A DNA stretch of 64,000 nucleotides, taken from positions 228,594,001 through 228,658,000 of the forward strand of contig OZ024740.1 in NCBI GenBank assembly GCA_964016885.1, in the 5' to 3' direction. Shown in pieces: positions 56,075-64,000 of this stretch. This DNA is from Eledone cirrhosa (Eukaryota). The notes beneath the pieces were generated by a model. It did not search any database and had not been told where the DNA came from. It saw only the letters and a program-made list of their open reading frames with translations. Numbering within the stretch: the stretch's first letter is position 1; every line of letters starts with the position of its first letter. A program made the position numbers and the translations under genes.

Positions 56075-57799
56075 AAGAGTCATTTTAGTCATTGAACACA
56101 ATTACAGTGTACAACAGTCATTTTAGTCATTGAACACAATTACAGTGTATAACAGTCATTTTAGTCATTGAACACAATTACAGTGTACAATAGTCATTTT
56201 AGTCATTGAACAAAATTACGGTGTACAATAGTCATTTTAGTCATTGAACACAATTACAGTGTACAATAGTCATTTTAGTTATTGAACACAATTACAGTGT
56301 ACAATAGTCATTTTAGTCATTGAACACAATTACAGTGTACCACAGTCATTTTAGTCATTGAACACAATTACAGTGTACAATAGTCATTTTAGTCATTGAA
56401 CACAAATTACAGTGTACAATAGTCATTTTAGTCTTTGAACACTATTACAGTGTACAATAGTCATTTTAGTCATTGAACACAATTACAGTGTACAATAGTC
56501 ATTTTAGTCATTGAACACAATTACAGTGTACAAGAGTCATTTTAGTTATTGAACACAATTACAGTGTACAACAGTCATTTTAGTCATTGAACACAATTAC
56601 AGTGTACAACAGTCATTTTAGTCATTGAACACAATTACAGTGTACAACAGTCATTTTAGTCATTGAACACAATTACAGTGTACAATAGTCATTTTAGTCA
56701 TTGAACACAATTACAGTGTGCAATAGTCATTTTAGTCATTGAACACAATTACAGTGTACAATAGTCATTTTAGTCATTGAACACAATTACAGTGTACAAC
56801 AGTCATTTTAGTCATTGAACACAATTACAGTGTACAATAGTCATTTTAGTCATTGAACACAATTACAGTGTACAACAGTCATTTTAGTCATTGAACACAA
56901 TTACATTGTACAATAGTCATTTTAGTCATTGAACACAATTACAGTGTACAATAGTCATTTTAGTCATTGTACACAATTACAGTGTAAAATAGTCATTTTA
57001 GTCATTGAACATAATTACAGTGTACAATAGTCATTTTAGTTATTGAACACAATTACAGTGTACAATAGTCATTTTAGTCATTGAACACAATTATAGTGTA
57101 CAATAGTCATTTTAGTTATTGAACACATTTACAGTGTACAATAGTCATTTTAGTCATTGAACACAATTACAGTGTACAATAGTCATTTTAGTCATTGAAC
57201 ACAATTTCAGTGTAATATAGTCATTTTAGTCATTGAACACAATTACAGTGTACAATAGTCATTTTAGTCATTGAACACAATTACAGTGTACAATAGTCAT
57301 TTTAGTTATTGTACACAATTACAGTGTACAATAGTCATTTTAGTCATTGAACACAATTACAGTGTACAATAGTCATTTTAGTAATAGAACACAATTACAG
57401 TGTACAATAGTCATTTTAGTCATTGAACACAATTTCAGTGTAATATAGTCATTTTAGTCATTGAACACAATTACAGTGTACAATAGTCATTTTAGTCATT
57501 GTACACAATTACAGTGTACAATAGTCATTTTAGTCATTGAACACAATTACAGTGTACAATAGTCATTTTAGTCATTTAACACAATTACAGTGTACAATAG
57601 TCATTTTAGTCATTGAACACAATTACAGTGTACAATAGTCATTTTAGTTATTGTACACAATTACAGTGTACAATAGTCATTTTAGTCATTGAACACAATT
57701 ACAGTGTACAATAGTCATTTTAGTCATTGAACACAATTACAGTGTACAATAGTCATTTTAGTCATTGAACACAATTACAGTGTACAATAGTCATTTTAG

Positions 57800-60700
57800 T
57801 CATTGAACACAATTATAGTGTACAATAGTCATTTTAGTCATTGAACACAATTACAGTGTACAAGAGTCATATTAGTCATTGAACACATTTACAATGTACA
57901 ATAGTCATTTTAGTTATTGAACACAATTACAGTGTACTATAGACATTTTAGTCATTGAACACAATTACAGTGTACAATAGTCATTTTAGTTATTGTACAC
58001 AATTACAGTGTATAATAGTCATTTTAGTCATTGAACACAATTACAGTGTACAATAGTCATTTTAGTCATTGAACACAATGACAGTGTACAATAGTCATTT
58101 TAGTCATTGAACACAATTACAGTGTACAATAGTCATTTTAGTCATTGAACACAATTACAGTGTACTATAGTCGTTTTAGTCATTGAACACAATTACAGTG
58201 TACAATAGTCATTTTAGTCATTGAACACAATTACAGTGTACAATAGTCATTTTAGTCATTGAACACAATTACAGTGTACAATAGTCATTTTAGTTATTGT
58301 ACACAATTACAGTGTACAATAGTCATTTTAGTCATTGAACAAAATTACAGTGTACAATAGTCATTTTAGTCATTGAACACAATTAGAGTGTACAATAGTC
58401 ATTTTAGTCATTGAACACAATTACAGTGTACAATAGTCATTTTAGTCATTGAACACAATTATAGTGTACAACAGTCATTTTAGTTATTGAACACAATTAC
58501 AGTGTACTATAGACATTTTAGTCATTGAACACAATTACAGTGTACAATAGTCATTTTAATCATTGAACACAATTACAGTGTACAATAGTCATTTTAGTCA
58601 TTGAACACAATTACAATGTACAAGAGTCATATTAGTCATTGAACACAATTACTGTGTACAACAGTCATTTTAGTCATTGAACACAATTACAGTCTACAAT
58701 AGTCATTTTAGTCATTGAACACAATTACAGGGTACAATAGTCATTTTAGTCATTGAACACAATTACAGTGTACAATAGTCATTTTAGTCATTACAATTAC
58801 AGTGTACAATAGTCATTTTAGTAATTGAACACAATTACAGTGTACAATAGTCATTTTAGTTATTGAACACAATTATAGCGTACAATAGTCATTTTAGTTA
58901 TTGAACACAATTACAGTGTACAATAGTCATTTTAGTCATTGAACACAATTATAGTGTACAATAGTCATTTTAGTTATTGAACACATTTACAGTGTACAAT
59001 AGTCATTTTAGTCATTGAACACAATTACAGTGTACAATAGTCATTTTAGTCATTGAACACAATTTCAGTGTAATATAGTCATTTCAGTCATTGAACACAA
59101 TTACAGTGTACAATAGTCATTTTAGTCATTGTACACAATTACAGTGTACAATAGTCATTTTAGTCATTGAACACAATTACAGTGTACAATAGTCATTTTA
59201 GTCATTTAACACAATTACAGTGTACAATAGTCATTTTAGTCATTGAACACAATTACAGTGTACAATAGTCATTTTAGTTATTGTACACAATTACAGTGTA
59301 CAATAGTCATTTTAGTCATTGAACACAATTACAGTGTACAATAGTCATTTTAGTCATTGAACACAATTACAGTGTACAATAGTCATTTTAGTCATTGAAC
59401 ACAATTTCAGTGTAATATAGTCATTTTAGTCATTGAACACAATTACAGTGTACAATAGTCATTTTAGTCATTGTACACAATTACAGTGTACAATAGTCAT
59501 TTTAGTCATTGAACACAATTACAGTGTACAATAGTCATTTTAGTCATTTAACACAATTACAGTGTACAATAGTCATTTTAGTCATTGAACACAATTACAG
59601 TGTACAATAGTCATTTTAGTTATTGTACACAATTACAGTGTACAATAGTCATTTTAGTCATTGAACACAATTACAGTGTACAATAGTCATTTTAGTCATT
59701 GAACACAATTACAGTGTACAATAGTCATTTTAGTCATTGAACACAATTACAGTGTACAATAGTCATTTTAGTCATTGAACACAATTATAGTGTACAACAG
59801 TCATTTTAGTTATTGAACACAATTACAGTGTACTATAGACATTTTAGTCATTGAACACAATTACAGTGTACAATAGTCATTTTAGTAATTGAACACAATT
59901 ACAGTGTACAATAGTCATTTTAGTCATTGAACACAATTACAGTGTACAAGAGTCATATTAGTCATTGAACACAATTACAATGTACAATAGTCATTTTAGT
60001 TATTGAACACAATTACAGTGTACTATAGACATTTTAGTCATTGAACACAATTACAGTGTACAATAGTCATTTTAGTTATTGTACACAATTACAGTGTACA
60101 ATAGTCATTTTAGTCATTGAACACAATTACAGTGTACAAGAGTCATATTAGTCATTGAACACAATTACAATGTACAATAGTCATTTTAGTTATTGAACAC
60201 AATTACAGTGTACTATAGACATTTTAGTCATTGAACACAATTACAGTGTACAATAGTCATTTTAGTTATTGTACACAATTACAGTGTATAATAGTCATTT
60301 TAGTCATTGAACACAATTACAGTGTACAATAGTCATTTTAGTCATTGAACACAATTACAGTGTACAATAGTCATTTTAGTCATTGAACACAATTACAGTG
60401 TACAATAGTCATTTTAGTCATTGAACACAATTACAGTGTACTATAGTCGTTTTAGTCATTGAACACAATTACAGTGTACAATAGTCATTTTAGTCATTGA
60501 ACACAATTACAGTGTACAATAGTCATTTTAGTCATTGAACACAATTACAGTGTACAATAGTCATTTTAGTTATTGTACACAATTACAGTGTACAATAGTC
60601 ATTTTAGTCATTGAACAAAATTACAGTGTACAATAGTCATTTTAGTCATTGAACACAATTAGAGTGTACAATAGTCATTTTAGTCATTGAACACAATTAC

Positions 60701-62750
60701 AGTGTACAATAGTCATTTTAGTCATTGAACACAATTATAGTGTACAACAGTCATTTTAGTTATTGAACACAATTACAGTGTACTATAGACATTTTAGTCA
60801 TTGAACACAATTACAGTGTACAATAGTCATTTTAGTCATTGAACACAATTACAGTGTACAATAGTCATTTTAGTCATTGAACACAATTACAATGTACAAG
60901 AGTCATATTAGTCATTGAACACAATTACTGTGTACAACAGTCATTTTAGTCATTGAACACAATTACAGTCTACAATAGTCATTTTAGTCATTGAACACAA
61001 TTACAGGGTACAATAGTCATTTTAGTCATTGAACACAATTACAGTGTACAATAGTCATTTTAGTCATTACAATTACAGTGTACAATAGTCATTTTAGTAA
61101 TTGAACACAATTACAGTGTACAATAGTCATTTTAGTCATTGAACACAATTATAGCGTACAATAGTCATTTTAGTTATTGAACACAATTACAGTGTACAAT
61201 AGTCATTTTAGTCATTGAACACAATTATAGTGTACAATAGTCATTTTAGTTATTGAACACATTTACAGTGTACAATAGTCATTTTAGTCATTGAACACAA
61301 TTACAGTGTACAATAGTCATTTTAGTCATTGAACACAATTTCAGTGTAATATAGTCATTTCAGTCATTGAACACAATTACAGTGTACAATAGTCATTTTA
61401 GTCATTGTACACAATTACAGTGTACAATAGTCATTTTAGTCATTGAACACAATTACAGTGTACAATAGTCATTTTAGTCATTGAACACAATTACAGTGTA
61501 CAATAGTCATTTTAGTTATTGTACACAATTACAGTGTACAATAGTCTTTTTAGTCATTGAACACAATTACAGTGTACAATAGTCATTTTAGTCATTGAAC
61601 ACAATTACAGTGTACAATAGTCATTTTAGTCATTGAACACAATTTCAGTGTAATATAGTCATTTTAGTCATTGAACACAATTACAGTGTACAATAGTCAT
61701 TTTAGTCATTGTACACAATTACAGTGTACAATAGTCATTTTAGTCATTGAACACAATTACAGTGTACAATAGTCATTTTAGTCATTTAACACAATTACAG
61801 TGTACAATAGTCATTTTAGTCATTGAACACAATTACAGTGTACAATAGTCATTTTAGTTATTGTACACAATTACAGTGTACAATAGTCATTTTAGTCATT
61901 GAACACAATTACAGTGTACAAGAGTCATTTTAGTCATTGAACACAATTACAGTGTACAATAGTCATTTTAGTCATTGGACACAATTACAGTGTACAATAG
62001 TCATTTTAGTCATTGAACACAATTATAGTGTACAACAGTCATTTTAGTTATTGAACACAATTACAGTGTACTATAGACATTTTAGTCATTGAACACAATT
62101 ACAGTGTACAATAGTCATTTTAGTAATTGAACACAATTACAGTGTACAATAGTCATTTTAGTCATTGAACACAATTACAGTGTACAAGAGTCATATTAGT
62201 CATTGAACACAATTACAATGTACAATAGTCATTTTAGTTATTGAACACAATTACAGTGTACTATAGACATTTTAGTCATTGAACACAATTACAGTGTACA
62301 ATAGTCATTTTAGTTATTGTACACAATTACAGTGTACAATAGTCATTTTAGTCATTGAACACAATTACAGTGTACAAGAGTCATATTAGTCATTGAACAC
62401 AATTACAATGTACAATAGTCATTTTAGTTATTGAACACAATTACAGTGTACTATAGACATTTTAGTCATTGAACACAATTACAGTGTACAATAGTCATTT
62501 TAGTTATTGTACACAATTACAGTGTATAATAGTCATTTTAGTCATTGAACACAATTACAGTGTACAATAGTCATTTTAGTCATTGAACACAATTACAGTG
62601 TACAATAGTCATTTTAGTCATTGAACACAATTACAGTGTACAATAGTCATTTTAGTCATTGAACACAATTACAGTGTACTATAGTCGTTTTAGTCATTGA
62701 ACACAATTACAGTGTACAATAGTCATTTTAGTCATTGAACACAATTACAG
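57800..62750 (+). repeat. ~2.25-kb higher-order units
   Basis: TAGTCGTTTT lies at about 58168, 60444 and 62682 (offsets 2276 = 59x38+34 and 2238 = 58x38+34). CAGTCTAC lies at about 58690 and 60966. Confidence 0.8.
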
Positions 62751-64000
62751 TGTACAATAGTCATTTTAGTTATTGAACACAATTACAGTGTACAATAGTC
62801 ATTTTAGTCATTGAACACAATTACAGTGTACCACAGTCATTTTAGTCATTGAACACAATTACAGTGTACAATAGTCATTTTAGTCATTGAACACAAATTA
62901 CAGTGTACAATAGTCATTTTAGTCTTTGAACACTATTACAGTGTACAATAGTCATTTTAGTCATTGAACACAATTACAGTGTACAATAGTCATTTTAGTC
63001 ATTGAACACAATTACAGTGTACAAGAGTCATTTTAGTTATTGAACACAATTACAGTGTACAACAGTCATTTTAGTCATTGAACACAATTACAGTGTACAA
63101 CAGTCATTTTAGTCATTGAACACAATTACAGTGTACAATAGTCATTTTAGTCATTGAACACAATTACAGTGTGCAATAGTCATTTTAGTCATTGAACACA
63201 ATTACAGTGTACAATAGTCATTTTAGTCATTGAACACAATTACAGTGTACAACAGTCATTTTAGTCATTGAACACAATTACAGTGTACAATAGTCATTTT
63301 AGTCATTGAACACAATTACAGTGTACAACAGTCATTTTAGTCATTGAACACAATTACATTGTACAATAGTCATTTTAGTCATTGAACACAATTACAGTGT
63401 ACAATAGTCATTTTAGTCATTGTACACAATTACAGTGTAAAATAGTCATTTTAGTCATTGAACATAATTACAGTGTACAATAGTCATTTTAGTTATTGAA
63501 CACAATTACAGTGTACAATAGTCATTTTAGTCATTGAACACAATTATAGTGTACAATAGTCATTTTAGTTATTGAACACATTTACAGTGTACAATAGTCA
63601 TTTTAGTCATTGAACACAATTACAGTGTACAATAGTCATTTTAGTCATTGAACACAATTTCAGTGTAATATAGTCATTTTAGTCATTGAACACAATTACA
63701 GTGTACAATAGTCATTTTAGTCATTGAACACAATTACAGTGTACAATAGTCATTTTAGTTATTGTACACAATTACAGTGTACAATAGTCATTTTAGTCAT
63801 TGAACACAATTACAGTGTACAATTAGTCATTTTAGTAATTGAACACAATTACAGTGTACAATAGTCATTTTAGTCATTGAACACAATTTCAGTGTAATAT
63901 AGTCATTTTAGTCATTGAACACAATTACAGTGTACAATAGTCATTTTAGTCATTGTACACAATTACAGTGTACAATAGTCATTTTAGTCATTGAACACAA

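Larger units (their letters stand above)
46100..57500 (+). repeat. Series of 2.4-3.0-kb higher-order units containing the 34-bp monomer runs
   Basis: The ATTTTTGTC marker lies at 47371, 50063, 52451 and 55426 (offsets 2692, 2388, 2975). The 34-mer runs are offset by 2692 (48580/51272) and 2861 (52976/55837). All offsets resolve into whole numbers of 38- and 34-bp units plus observed indels. Confidence 0.82.
1..64000 (+). repeat. 38-bp AT-rich tandem satellite array (~1,680 monomers), consensus AATAGTCATTTTAGTCATTGAACACAATTACAGTGTAC; extends past both window edges
   Basis: The monomer restarts at 1, 39, 77 ... 381 (10 x 38). The same unit continues to the last base with only substitutions and small indels (34-, 37- and 39-bp variants). 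No inversion or non-repeat insert was seen. Each consensus copy has one GTAC/TGTACA site. Confidence 0.99.

Noticed and set aside
1-64000. CRISPR array (38-bp partly palindromic repeat containing ATTGAAC)
   Set aside because: Repeats abut directly with no unique spacers. No leader or cas genes are present, and variation consists of point changes in a single unit.
1-64000. Repetitive protein-coding ORF
   Set aside because: The monomer contains TAG/TGA on the plus strand and TAA/TGA on the minus strand. Because 38 (and 34) is not a multiple of 3, all six frames are closed within about three monomers.
1-64000. Telomerase-type telomeric repeat (GTGTAC resembles long yeast telomere units)
   Set aside because: There is no G-rich strand. 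The unit and array are far longer than typical, and ordered variants copied in kb blocks indicate recombination or duplication rather than templated addition.
1-64000. Pure sequencing artefact (concatemer or rolling-circle read)
   Set aside because: Variants are position-specific, nested and change by domain, which random error on one template would not produce. Individual large duplications could still be misassembled.
1-64000. Embedded transposon, inversion or unique island
   Set aside because: None was seen on reading through; every line conforms to the monomer in the same orientation.

Overview
The whole 64-kb window is one uninterrupted, head-to-tail, AT-rich tandem satellite array. The consensus monomer is 38 bp, AATAGTCATTTTAGTCATTGAACACAATTACAGTGTAC (11/38 = 29% GC), present in roughly 1,680 copies, all in the same orientation. 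I see no protein-coding gene, RNA gene, transposon, CRISPR spacer or unique sequence, so I cannot support a gene-based novel system here. The information lies in the pattern of variant monomers. (i) Each monomer carries a direct sub-repeat (TAGTCATT x2) and a 9-bp quasi-palindrome (ATTGAACAC-N7-GTGTACAAT). (ii) The array is layered into three domains with different diagnostic variants plus a diverged seam. (iii) There are many nested, non-uniform higher-order duplications (periods of about 0.2 to 7 kb). (iv) A 34-bp deletion monomer occurs at 1, 7 and 11 copies. (v) Several recurrent variants perfect inverted repeats. Eukaryotic satellite or heterochromatin origin is an inference; I do not recognise the family or organism. 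All offsets were counted by hand from marker variants, and duplication boundaries are approximate to a few monomers.
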